A stretch of 64,000 nt of DNA from the human T2T-CHM13v2.0 reference genome, Homo sapiens. Both the position numbers and the translations under genes were made by a program. Location: the NCBI RefSeq assembly GCF_009914755.1, contig NC_060938.1, one strand, 5' to 3'. Of this stretch, positions 41,215 to 54,699 are shown piece by piece (position 1 is the stretch's first letter; every line of letters starts with the position of its first letter). Under the pieces are notes generated by a model that saw only the letters and a list, made by a program, of their open reading frames with translations, made no database searches and was not told the DNA's origin.

Positions 41215-42820
41215 TTCACATTTATTCAGTCTGCAAATATTTACTGAATGCCTCAGACACTGTTCTAGAGGTGAAAAGGTAAAAACTCTCTGTCCTCAGG
41301 AACAGAAATGGGAGAGAAACTAACATGTTCATAAAATATGATGTCATAAACACTCTGAAGAAGTGTAAAGCAGGGTAAAGTGGTAGTGAGTGATAGGGTT
41401 TCTATTTTAGACACAGGGGTCTGTGACAGCCTCTCTGATGCAATGGTTTTGGAGCAGACTGAGTCATGAGCATTGCCAGAGGAAAGCAATGGGGACAGGA
41501 TATGTTGCGGGAAGTCAGGGACCTCGAACAGAGGGACCGGCTGGAGCCGCGGCAGAGGAGCATAACTTGTGAAGATTTCAAGGACATTTATCAGTTCCCA
41601 AATAATACTCTTATAATTTATTACGCCTATCTTTACTTTAATCTCTTAATCCCATTATCTTCGTAAGCTGAGGATGTACGTCACCACAGGACCACTGTGA
41701 TAATTCTGTTAACTGTACAAATTGATTGTAAAACATGTGTGTTTGAACAATATGAAATCAGTGCACCTTGAAAAAGAACAGAACAGCAGCAATTTTTAGG
41801 GAACAAGGGAAGACAATCATAAGGTCTGACTGCCTGCGGGGTCAGGCAAAACAGCCATATTTTTCTTCTTGCAGAGAGCGTATAAACAGATGTGCAAGTA
41901 GGAGAGATATCGCCAAGTTCTTTTCCTAGCAAGGAATATTAATATTAATACCTCGGGGAAGGAATGCATTCCTGGGGGGAGGTCTATAAACAGCCGCTCT
42001 GGGAATGTCTGTCTTATGTGGTTGAGATAAGGACTGAGATACGCCCTGGTCTCCTGCAGTACCCTCAGGCTTACTAGAGTGGGGAAAAACTCCACCCTGG
42101 TACATTTGTGGTCAGACTGGTTCTCTGCTCTCGAACCCTGTTTTCTGTTGTTTAAGATGTTTATCAAGACAATACATGCACCGTGCACCGCTGAACATAG
42201 ACCCTTATCAATGGTTCTGCTTTTTCCCTTTGTCCTGTTCCCTCAGAAGCATGTGATCTTTGTTAGACCCTTAGTAGTAGTTCTGCTTTTTGCCCTTTGA
42301 AGCATGTGATCTTTGTACCTACTCCCTGTTCTTACACCCCCCCCCCTTTTGAAACCCTTAATAAAAACTTGCTGGTCTGAGACTCAGGGAGCATCACAGT
42401 CCTACTGATATGTGATGTCACCCCTGGCGGCCCAGCTGTAAAATTTCTCTCTTTGTACTGTCTCTCTTTATTTCTCAGCCAGCTGACACTTACGGAAAAT
42501 AGAAAGAACCTACTTTGAAATAATGGGAACAGGTTCCCCCAGTAAGGATAAACTCAGGGCCAAGGCCCTAAGGAGGGCACCTGTGTGGCACTTTGCGGGA
42601 ATGAATAGTGAAGAGCCTGGTGTGGCCAGGTAGGAGCTTGCAGCCAGGTGAGGCCAAAGATGTCTGGGGCAAGAGGTTTTAGAGCCTTTTTGGCCACAGC
42701 TAAAATTCTGTATTTAATTCTTAATGAGATGGAAGGTCTTTTGAGGGTTTGAGCAGAGGAATGACATCCTCTCATTTACTCTCTAAATAAATATCAGGAT
42801 GTCATTTGGAGAGCAGACTG
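41215..42820 (-). mobile_element. LINE-2 fragment interrupted by MER11
   Basis: catttattcagtctgcaaatatttactgaatgcc tail; L2 resumes after the LTR (gagggtttgagcagaggaatgacatc). Confidence 0.7.
41503..42544 (+). mobile_element. Solo MER11 LTR (HERV-K11/HML-8, ERVK class)
   Basis: Starts TGTTGCGGGAAGTCAGGGACC, AATAAA 42360-42365, ends ggttcccccagta; perfect 6-bp TSD AGGATA (41497-41502/42545-42550). Confidence 0.92.
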
Positions 42821-43189
42821 CTAGCCCCTCACCCCTAACCAGGAGAAGGTCTTGTGGAGTTTGGGAGTGCTGTGTGAGGGGAAGATGGGCATCTTACTCC
42901 TAGGCTGGGGACTTGCTGAACAGTAGCAGAAACTCTGAGACCCACCTCAGGGTGTCCTTTGCATAGAGGTCTGTGAAAAATTTACAGGGAGAATAGGCGG
43001 AATCCCCAGAAGGCCAATGGTACCATACCAAATGCTCCCGATTTACCCCAAACACTCTCTCACCCCAAGAGCATGCATTTTGGCTGTAAACTTCTGAAAA
43101 TGTCATATATGTCCACAAAATGTTTTCTCTAATCATATTTTTATTTGTGGTAACCTTCTGATTAAGGACAGGCAGCAAGACATAGTAAA

Positions 43190-43360
43190 AAAGATCATCA
43201 ATAAGAAGAAATCAGGAGATACAAGGTTATAGCTCAGCTTTGACATTACCAGTTGTATGAACTTGGGCAAACAATTTAACCCATGGTTCTCAGTTTCTAA
43301 GTCAGGAAAATGGGAAAACAGTATCTGAACATCTCTAATAACCTTTTTGGCACTAGCCAT
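43190..43360 (+). mobile_element. MIR
   Basis: tgtatgaacttgggcaaacaatttaacc...ctcagtttct core. Confidence 0.65.
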
Positions 43361-43984
43361 AGTCCACTGTAGCATTAAGTTCTTCCTATAGCAGGTTAGG
43401 ATCTCCTTTTTAAGCTTAAAAGGCTGGAAAGAGTATGGAGAAAAAAAGATTTTATAAAGAAAAAGCAAACTAAGGAAAAAAGTAGATATGGGGTTCTTGG
43501 AGTTAATATTTACCCAAGAATACCTATGGAGTGGAAAAACCTTCACTCTTCTATGGCAGAAAGTGAAGCTAATGACTGTGTTAAAAAAAAAAAAAAAAAA
43601 AAAACCAGGAAAAAAGACATTTTTGTTTCCTTGGGTGTTTACCCCATGAAATTACCAACTCCAAATATTTGTCATGGTGTATTTTTAGAAAAGATGCTTC
43701 CAAAAGCAGGCAATGAACTTGCTTTTCATTTTTTTCACCTTATAACTGGCCTAACTTAAAAAAAAAAATCTCACAATCTTACCCTTATCTAAATACTGCT
43801 AATTAACTTCTCATTTTATTGCCACAAATCTTACTCCATACTTTTGCTTCTGTCCTGAAAGCTTCTATGCCATCGTGACTTTATACATGAAGGTCTATCT
43901 GTCTGAAATGTTCTCTACACATTGCTTAAATGAGCTCACTGATTCTCCTGCAAGACTGGGCTTGGTCAATACCTCCTGTAACAT

Positions 43985-44215
43985 GACAGTTAAGAGCTTG
44001 GGCTCTTGAGGCAGTCTACCTGAGTTTAAACCCTGGGTTAGTCACCTACTGGCTATCTGTCTATAGAAAAGTTCCTGATCCCTCTACACTGGGACTCAGT
44101 TTCCTAATTTTGCAGAGTTGTTGTAAGGATCAAATACATTAACACATGTAAAGTGCTTAGAGCAGGGCTTGGCATGCGGTAAGCACTCAATAAATGTTAG
44201 CTATTACTACAATGA
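43985..44215 (+). mobile_element. MIR within an L2 fragment (~43850-44450)
   Basis: agttaagagcttgggctct...catgtaaagtgcttagagcagggcttggcatgcggtaagcactcaataaatgttagctatta. Confidence 0.8.
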
Positions 44216-46404
44216 TAACACTAGTTATTATTCTCTGAGCCTTTCCTCTAAACTCTGGGTTAAGTGCCCATCCTTAGTATTTCCTATGTGTATATGTACC
44301 TCCCATCCTGTGTGTAATTATTTTGTAATGTGTGTTTACTTGTCTCTTTCATTACACTGCAAATTCCTTAAAGGCAGGATGATATTTTTACCTATATTTC
44401 CAATGCTGAGTACTTGGTATCACACATGAATACATTTCAATTTTATTAAATAAAACCTTATCATAAACATACATAAAGATACATTTAGAACTTAGAAATA
44501 TTGTGGCAAGAAAAATACTGCAAGATTATATTTTAAATGCAGAATTTAAAAATCGACTATCTTTGAGGGACAGAGAATATTTCTCAACAGACTCAAAATT
44601 AAAGAAATAATAAAAACAAAAAACAGAACTGAAAGAAGAATGAGGGGATGGTAAAGTTCAGATAGACAGTATAGACCGAGTTAAAGAGAGGAAGATGAGA
44701 ACCAAGTCTTCTGTGGACCTAATGACATGGCATAGGAGTGAGTGCTCTGAAGAGCAACATGTTTCCTATGGATGAGTCTATAGGAGCTTGGCCCTGCTGG
44801 ACAATGATGGGGACACCCAACACAGGGCAGATACTGAGAAATGCTAATCATTTCCCTGAATCCTGCAAAGCCCTGGCCCCAAGTCCTCAAGACACCCTCA
44901 AGTAGGTAATCACATTTGTCTCTTCCATATTTAACCTGGAGCAGAGGGTCCTGATAGAGAGCTCTGATTAGGAATGATCATTGTTCTGGCTAAGGTAGGG
45001 TCTAGGTTGATTTATTTAAAAGCGCCTTGGTGAGGTAAACATAATTAATCTTCTCTGTCCTCAAAATAAAGGGCTATTTTCTTTTTTAGAGATGTCCTGT
45101 GTTCTCAAAGAGAATGACAAAATAAATTAATCATTTTCCATTACTCCACACACAGCACTTGGATGTTGAAAGACCATGTGAACAGCTAATCCTCCTATAT
45201 GGATGAATTTCTTGTGACAGGCAGATCAGATCTAAACAGAAATCCGGCAAGGTATTTTATTTTTACCATTGTGGCATTGAGATTTATTTCAAAAATAAGT
45301 GAGATCAACTATGCCTATATTTTTAAAGTTTACTTTCATAATTAATCCTTTTTTGAACACTTAGAAACACTCTTCTGGCTCTTGTAGCAAAGTGTTTCCC
45401 TGACGACTGCTGCCAAAGCAGACGGAAGCAGAGACTATCAGGTATATCTTAAAACCTTCAAAAATCCAGCTGCACTGTCTCAAAGAATCCTCACTGCCAA
45501 ACCATACTTAGTTAAAAGTACCAATAATCTGAAGTTAGAGCAATATATTTTGACAAACAATTTATCTAGACAGCTAATGTTAAAGGTTAAGTATGTTTGA
45601 GATGCTCTATTAGGCTAAATGGCTGAACAAAAAGTATTAAGAGGGTACATATGGAGTACATGTGAGCACAAGTATATATTTTTGAAGTTGGCCTGATGCT
45701 GAATCTTCAACCACTGGCTGTGAAAAATGGATCATGAAAACCAGTGGATACAATACAGCTGACAATGTTATTTGGTGAACACATTCATCTAAGATTTGCC
45801 ACAACCAATTGCTTTCTTGAAACTCCAATAGCTAGAAAGTCCTTCCCTTCCCTGCCCAAATGAAAGCCATGCATTCATTCAACTGGACAACAATGAAGCT
45901 TTGTGGCTGGTAGCAAATAGGAAAAAGAGTTGGTCTTGCCAAAACAATTTGAAGTTTTGAACTCAGGCCCCCTCCCCTACTTCATTTTACATATTCAACT
46001 AAAATGAGTAAGTCCTGCAGCCTTTACCAGACACATTAGTAACTAAAAGTAGCCAAAACCACACAACTTTGGACACTTCGAGTGTGCTATGAAAACTCTA
46101 GAAAACATGCAATACTCCGAAAATTAGGCAGGATTTCACAAAAGCTTATTAATAGAACTGGATACAGCATCCAGTCTTTCCTGTACTCAACAAGCATTTA
46201 CTAGCACCTACTATGTGCAAATCAAATCTACGACATCACTATACCAGATTTTATTCTGCTAAAGCTGACCAGATTCAGCTCAAGAACATTCTTTGGGTTT
46301 CTGAATGAAAATAGGTCAATAGAGATAAACGTGTATACTATATCATAATTTTTCATTAGCCATCTTTTTTTCCCATTAAATTGAAAACTCTTAAACATAG
46401 GGAC

Positions 46405-46720
46405 TCTCTTAGTTTGGCTGCTAAGTAATAAAATAAGTAATAAAAATACCATAAAGTGGGTGGCTTAAACAACAAACATTTAGTTCTCACAATTCTGGAG
46501 GCTGGGAACTCCAAGACCAAGGCTCCAGCAGATCTTGTGTCTGGTGAGGACCTGCTTCCTAGCTTATGTAGACAGCCCCCTTTTTGAGGTGTCCTCACAT
46601 AGCCAGGAGAGAGATCATCTCTCTAGTATCTTTTGCTTCTTATATGGGCACTAATTCCATCATGCAGGCTCCAACCTCATGACCTCATGACCTAATAATC
46701 TGCCAAAGGGCCTACCTACC
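46405..46720 (-). mobile_element. MaLR LTR, MLT1A-like (partial)
   Basis: gggtggcttaaacaacaaacattta...tctggaggctgggaactccaagaccaagg...tgtctggtgagg. Confidence 0.8.
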
Positions 46721-47986
46721 TTGCCGGCTTGCAAGTTGTGCAAAATCTCAGACTCCTCACGGACATACTTTGGGCAATATAATTTAAAAAATGAAGTATT
46801 ATGTAATAGTGATTATTTAGTTCTTTGATTCTAACATCCTTCTATGTGATTCCATCATTCCTCTATTTTCATATTATTTTAGTTCTTTCTAGCACAGTTA
46901 GAAACAATTGATGAATAATGATAAAATAATTTCCAGAATGATAAAATAGCAAAATACTTCAAGAATATGAGATCACCAAGATCTATTATGTATCTGCAAG
47001 ACAGAATGGGACTTACTATGTTTTAAAAATAAGGAAAATCTCTATTTGTGTCTTCATAGAAGATCTTTTTAAGAGGGATAAAAGTTTTTTATTTGATTTT
47101 AAGAAAATCAATACTTAAAAAAATTTTAAAACCAAGATTGGGTTCAGTTGACCCTGATAGTAGACTGAGAAGTAAACCACCCTTGAAAAGCTCTCAACCT
47201 TTTACCATCATTCTCAGAATCCTCTTCATCCTCTTAGTCTCAAGTTTCTCCTCCCTGTGAGCCTACTCAAACCACTTCTGTGGAGTCTGATAGGACTTCA
47301 AACAAGAAGTACTTGTCCCATGCCACCCTCCAGTGCAGTGCCTATAAGAAGGAACCATGCTTCCTACTGAATCCATTGCATGGAGTAGTTGGTTATCACA
47401 TGCTGAATGGAGAAATGAATGAAAGGCAATGAGTGTGATGCAACAAAGGATTAACACAAGAGTAGTAAGAGGAAAAATTAGAAAAGGAAGATGAGAGAGC
47501 CAGTTTACATAATCTTAATCAATATACCAGCAATTACACTGATTTACCATAAAAATAAACAATAACCACTAATTTGTTTTTAACTGTTTATATAGTTTCC
47601 AAAGATAATGGTTTTGTAAATCAGTCAATTTGTTGTAATTTGTTAAAATAAGAGAATTGGTCATTTGGCGAGTTCATGACTGAGCAAACTGGTCCTTGAA
47701 GTTAGATCTGACAAATTTTAATGTTAACAAAAGGCTAAAATGAAGCTCCCTTGATCCTTGGACAGTTATGGAAAATAATGTGTGAGAAAGAATCTTACAA
47801 CTGTTGTTTCAATAGATTAAAAAGAAAAAATACTGGGGAGAGAAGACATGATGCTATCAGCAGAAAAGACATGAAATTAAGTCTGTGTTAATGAGTAGGA
47901 CAAAATCCAGGAAAGCAGAGTAACACCAGGTTTTAGGGGACACACTAAAGGCAATTCTTGAAGGACATGTTGAAGATGGCATAAAT

Positions 47987-48075
47987 CAGTGATTCTCAAC
48001 CATAGTTGTACATTACAATCATCTGGCAAGCTTTAAAAAATACTGGGTCCTACCCCGGGTCAACTGAATCTGGGG
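47987..48075. mobile_element. MER5A fragment
   Basis: cagtgattctcaacc...cattacaatcatctggcaagctttaaaaaatactg. Confidence 0.6.
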
Positions 48076-48344
48076 GTGAGGGTGTGTTGAACTAAAATTA
48101 CTGGGGTTATTAAATAAGAACTCTAAATCTAAATTTCTTAGAGCCTACATGTAAAATAACTGAGCTGAATTTTGGAGGTAAAATTAACATAACACAGAGT
48201 GCTAAGGCACATAACCAGAGTGGCAATACTAGGACAGAATGCAAATGTCCTGATTAATGGGCCAAACCTTTCCAGTCCACACACTGCTGTTGTGGCTGGT
48301 AAAGGTAATGCATACATCGGGGATGATTATTTTTAAAATTTAGA

Positions 48345-48510
48345 AAAGGACTTTCCCATCCATTGTCTCATTTGACCTTCTGAGCAAAACTGTGACACAT
48401 GCAGGATAAGAATTAGTCCCATTTCCTAGATGATAGGAAACAGGCTTGGAGAGGTTAAGTGAGTCGCCCATGTGAAAAAGCCAGAATTCACAATCAGGTC
48501 TTCTAACTCC
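48345..48510 (-). mobile_element. MIR
   Basis: cccatttcctagatga...aggcttggagaggttaagtga. Confidence 0.7.
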
Positions 48511-49880
48511 CATCCAACAGAGTTGGAGAGTATCAGGCTTTTACCTTACCCTGTCACTTAATTCCTACACTTCTGGAACAAACGTACTCTTCTTCAAGCA
48601 AAAACTAATGTAGAAGTAGGAGCTTTGAAGTATTTCACAGAAAAATGAGGTTTGAGTTAGAAATGAAAGGGATAAAATGAAAATCAGAAGTTCTTGGAAA
48701 AGAAGATGTAAAGGGAGTACTTCATAGAATCCACATACTTTAAGTCAGCGAGTCTATCTATGTTTCAGTGGCTTTCTAAAGCCACTATATAGTTAATGCC
48801 TGATAGCAATCAACCAACCATGTCAAGGCCTCTGCTGTGATAGAAAGCATAGGTAGCAGTGAGATGCTAGGAGAGAAAAACATCACAAAAGCTCCAGAAA
48901 ATCATTTATGGAAGACCAGCTAGCAAAATAATTAAGAAGTGAGCCTAAAGAGAATAACAATGGACAGGCTATTTTGACAGTTTGGCCTTTTACTGTTTGA
49001 TGTTCAAATGTAATGTAATTGGGGCATATGATAGGATGAAATCATATATTAGTGTTAAATAATTAACAAGAGACCACTTTGGGTATTTGTACTAACAGTG
49101 CTAATAGAACAAGTTATACTCTCTCCAGCCTTTCATCTGAGATCAAAGTTTAATAAAAGCTCTAAACAAACTTTATAAAATCTTGTGTAAGTGGTATTAC
49201 AGCTGTTATGCAGATGCATAAAAAAAGGTCAACTGAGGTGTTTAATATCACTGACAAAGCTCAAGATAGAACTAGTAATGCAATCTAGGGGCAGGCCAAC
49301 TCTTCAACATTCAAAAGGAGGAAAACTAGATCAAAGTTGTTGTATGAAACTCCATTTACCAGTGAGCTTAGGGCATATTATAACAATCTTAAATATGGTC
49401 CCAAAATGTCCATACCCTATTTCTTCTTACCCTGCTCAAGGTAAATATGAGATTTGATTGCAAATTTTCTTCCTCTTCACTTTGTATCATTTACTAAATA
49501 CTTGCAAAGCGTTCTTTACGCATATCTTCATTACTCTCACCAGTCACAAGTGAAGGATGTGGAATAGAAAGAATGCTGTGTTGCTAATCAGGACATCTGA
49601 ATTTTAGCCCTAGTTTTGTCACATTTAGAAATTCATAAACTCCTCTGGCCTCTAGACTTCTCTTGAATAGGGTGAGGGGTATTGACAAGGATTTCTAGCA
49701 TCAAGTTCTAACATTATCTAAAATGTGAGAACCATGGCAGCAGGAACCTTGTCTGCTGTATGCTTTATGACAGTGTTGAGACATAGTAGGGACATAATAA
49801 ATATCTCATACATAATATAATATGATTAAACTAGGGTAAGTTGTTTGATAGTAACTACTGGCAACATAGAAATTTTGTGA

Positions 49881-50238
<358 letters not shown>

Positions 50239-53200
50239 GGGAGAGGAACTTTTAAAGATGATCTAGTCCAGCCCAATCATGAAAAAAAAATAATAATAAT
50301 TGAAATTCAGAGAGGTTAAATAATTTGGCCAGGGTCATGTGCCTGGCTATGGTGGAGACATGACCAGAATCTAGATTTTCTGACTATTAATCAGATACTA
50401 TTTTTTCTCATATCACTTTCCATCATTTAAAACTATTCATATAATAATTTTCAGCTAAAGATTGAAGGTAATTTGTTAAAACTAGATGCACAAAATGAAA
50501 ATTCTCCATATTAGTTTTTCATTAAAGACTTTAAAATGTGTATAAAATATACTATTCCCCCCACTATATATTGTGAGTGTAATACGAATATCTTATTTTA
50601 TGGTTAAGTTAGGATCTTAAAAAGATATCAAATATACTATCATTACTCTGAGCTTTCACCCAGATAGGCTCTCTTAAAGAGAGCAGAAAGCATTTCTTAC
50701 ATGTGTTGTATTTTACAGAAAGATACTGCCATTGTGCTTTACAATATACATTCATATTATCTTCACAATATAAAGCAAGAGCTTTTACCCAGAGAATGTG
50801 CTGTTCTTAATATTGTTTAGAACAGGCCTATAAAACACATTATCAACCAAGGAAGTTAGAAAGGCAGTATGACTACTTATCGGCATCAAATACGACACTG
50901 TCAGTCTGACCTCCAAACACTGAGCAATTCAATAATACTAAGTTCATCTGCTGGTGAAGCTGCATTCATTATGCAATTTCCCAGTGATACCTTTCCTATG
51001 TTATCATGTTTATGAAAAATTTGACAGGGCTGTAGAAAACAATTTTTATAGGCTGAAAGAAACCTCACATTTTTTAAATTGGTCATCACCTTTTGCCACA
51101 AGGTTGTACCTCTGCATAAACAGCCCACTTTTTTAGCAGTATTTTCTACATTTGACCATAAACAGTCATGTTTCAGAAGCTTAACCCTTTGAAGATATCC
51201 CCATTGTTGGAAAACGTACATAGCTTAATACTAACATAGAATACAGGCTGTGTATTTTGGGACAAGGTGGAGAAAGGAGAATGTCTAGATTGTTTCACCC
51301 AAGATCCCTCATGAGAGATTCATGAGGATATTTCCGTTTGCCCTCGATGCGAATATACAGAAGGTAGACTAACATTAGAGCAGTGGGAAACTTGGCAGAA
51401 CGGGCTAGGACAGGGTTTGTGCAAAACCTTTTTCCGGTTTCAGTTTGAATGGGTTCCCAGGAAGTGTCAAGTCTGAACAAATCCAAAATTTTACAATGTA
51501 GCTCAGCCAAAACTGCTGGGATTCACCTGATTCTGGGTCAAAACTGTAACAGAGCACACTGCGTTTTATTTGGTGTAAAGCCAATTGGACTGAACCTTTC
51601 AGGCAACTTCAATGAGAGGCTCATAGCCTTGGCAAAACCAAAAATGAACCTAGCTTGATCTTTGGTTTTAAAACAGCAAGTTCTGGCTTTGTAAAGAGAT
51701 AAAGGCAAGTTTTCCTTAGCGTCAAGATTCTTACAAATACTTAGGAGAAGCATTGCAAATAATTAACAGTTATTTGGCCAGATTTACATTATCAAGTCAG
51801 TTGTTTCCTGAGTTGTACAGCGGCACTTTAGTAAGTACTCTAACTCATTTGGGTCTATATATTCTTAAGTGCCCTAGAGCACAATTTAGTGTCCTAACAA
51901 AGAGTGATGGCTCTTCTTCAACTTCGGTGCCTGTAGAGTGATTTGCACATGCAGTAGGATGAAGCACAATTAGTGTTAGATCCAGGGTAAAAAGGAAAAA
52001 TAATTACAAATAAAAACCCCAACAGCAATTGTCTACTCCAACACAGACAGGTGAAGTAAGTGTCTATGACATTACTTAGTCTGTAATTTCCATAGAGACA
52101 CATGGGCATCTTCTCACAATCTTGGACACCAAATCTTGAAGTTCAACTAGTGTGTATAGTTCAATGACTCTTTCAGAGATATGCTTCAGACTTCACAGTG
52201 TTTTTAAAAGAAAAATCATATTTCTAAGAGTTTTCCAGTGTTTTGTAATATTTCTCAATATAGGCATTTGAGTATATATTTTTCTCTATACAGCTTTAGG
52301 TTAGGATTTACCCCATTTTAAGTTGTGTTAGCTCTGTAAGTATGTTTTGAAAATAAGGGAGATAAGATTTTTTAAGTATTTGGGAAGCTGATTAAATGCC
52401 GACTAATTGCAACTACTAATTACACATTTGCTCTAAGTCAATGGTTTTCAAAATTAAGTTTTAAAGCTATGTATCTCTCTCACACAGATTTTAAGTTATC
52501 TAAATGTTTTTAATCATAAGCTTAAGTAGTTGCAAAGGATGACATTTTCTCACAATATTGTAAAGAATGACATTTTCAAATAAAACTCATTCATATAAAT
52601 AATATAAACTTATCCAGTAAACTTTAAATAACTCAGTAATTTGTTGCCACCATTTATCCACTTATAAAATAAATATGACCCTCGTTAAAAGACAGATTTT
52701 TTCTTGTTCCTTTTTTCCCTTTAGTTTATCCTAATATAAAATATATTTATGTTCATAAGTGTTTTTATCATTTTGCCATACTTCATCCTTCTCTGTAATA
52801 ATGTATATATATGAATATCGAGAAAAATTGGTTTTTAAAATTCCCTGTGATCATAAAGCTCTGTGTTATACATTTTTATAGACTGGATTAGCATTACAAT
52901 TAATATTAGGTATATTATAAATTTTGAGAAAGATTATTAAATGTGAAATGTAAAAAAAAAAAAAAAAAATCCAAAGCTTCCAAAAAGTATATCTCTTAAT
53001 GGAATGAATATAGTTTCCTCTTCTCCCACACTGAATTAGTTCACATAATCATAGCTAAATGCTAATTTTTGTTTGAATAAGACAGGGTTTCATTTCATTT
53101 CTATTCCCATTATTTCTATAGATTTAATCACAAATCTTGTTCACATAAAAAGTACATGAGAATGAAAGTTTTGTTATAACAATGTTACTCAATTCTTGAA

Positions 53201-54281
53201 TGTTTTCCTACTCTTATGGTAAATATTACATAGTGATCTGTCATCAAAATTAATTTTAATAATCTATCAGCCCTACAAAGTTCTCTTTTGACTTTGTTGA
53301 AAGCAAAGAATGAGAAACCACCTGACTTACCAAAGGACTATAATGTAGTTATTTAGACCATTTAGTTCCTATTTCTGGAAGGCATGCCAAAAAGGCTTTA
53401 TTTGTCAAGATTTATCACGTAACTGTTTTTCTTTTGTTTAACTCAACATATACAGAAAGGGCTGAGACAAATAAAAATCTTGCTAACTTTAACACTATTC
53501 GATTACTGTAATATTTTTGATATATTTATCTTAGCATTAAATATGTTTCCATATAAACCCCAGACCTACAGATTGGCAAAGCCAGTCCTTACTGTCAAAC
53601 CAATCAGACAAATCACACTTGCTTTATGGTATAAAAAGAGTCTGACTTCCTTTCTCAATTCAGTGGAATGGTGTTAATGTGTGTCCCTGTGAAAACTGTC
53701 TCACTTTTGAATCATAATTCTAAAACAGATACATAGGTAAGGCATGGAGCTCTGCTAGAGTTTGTCACCTGGATGAAATAAAATACTGCTGCCTTTAATG
53801 ATTTCTTATCAACACTCTCTTAGCTTTGATTTCTGGAGCTATACACTCTTTGATTATAGTAGAGTAGTGGAAGAGGTGAGGTTATTAAATAAAAATGTCT
53901 TCACCTCCCTCCCCAATCAACAGTATACATCTAATTCAGAACACTTCAACCCCAGTATCCCATATATCAAACACAGCTCTTTGTTCTTAACAAAAATATA
54001 TGTGCAACTAAGAAGGACAAGAAGCCTTACCCCAGGGCCTTTACTAAAGAAGGCCAGCAGGCACAAAAATCTTAAATTACTCCTTTGCTTGGCACCTTAA
54101 AGTGCCTGGGAAAATTTGCCTCATGGAACTCGGGATGGGTGAGAAGTAGTCCTGTTTTTGTTGTTGTTGTTGTTGTTTGTTTGTTTTTTAAATAAAGTGG
54201 GAGAGAGTCAATTATGAAAGGTAAGATGTCATTTCAAAGCAGAATCATTTTAGGAGAAAGTGTATCTAGAAACTGAAGCTA

Positions 54282-54491
<210 letters not shown>

Positions 54492-54699
54492 AAACCAATT
54501 CTCTTAAAACTATTTGTGCCTGACTACCTCTTGGAAGATCTTTGTATACTCCCAGGGGCATGCTACCCTAGTTAGAACATGCTGTAATTTACCAGCTCTC
54601 TTTGAACATTACTGTTGGGGTCAGGATTAATCATTTTGCAGTAAAAAGCTTTTAAAACGTTCTACTAACATGTTTCAATTCCCTTTAGTTTTTTAATTT

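Noticed and set aside
51307-51327. cctcatga-gagat-tcatgagg inverted repeat
   Set aside because: An 8-bp stem is expected by chance in 64 kb.
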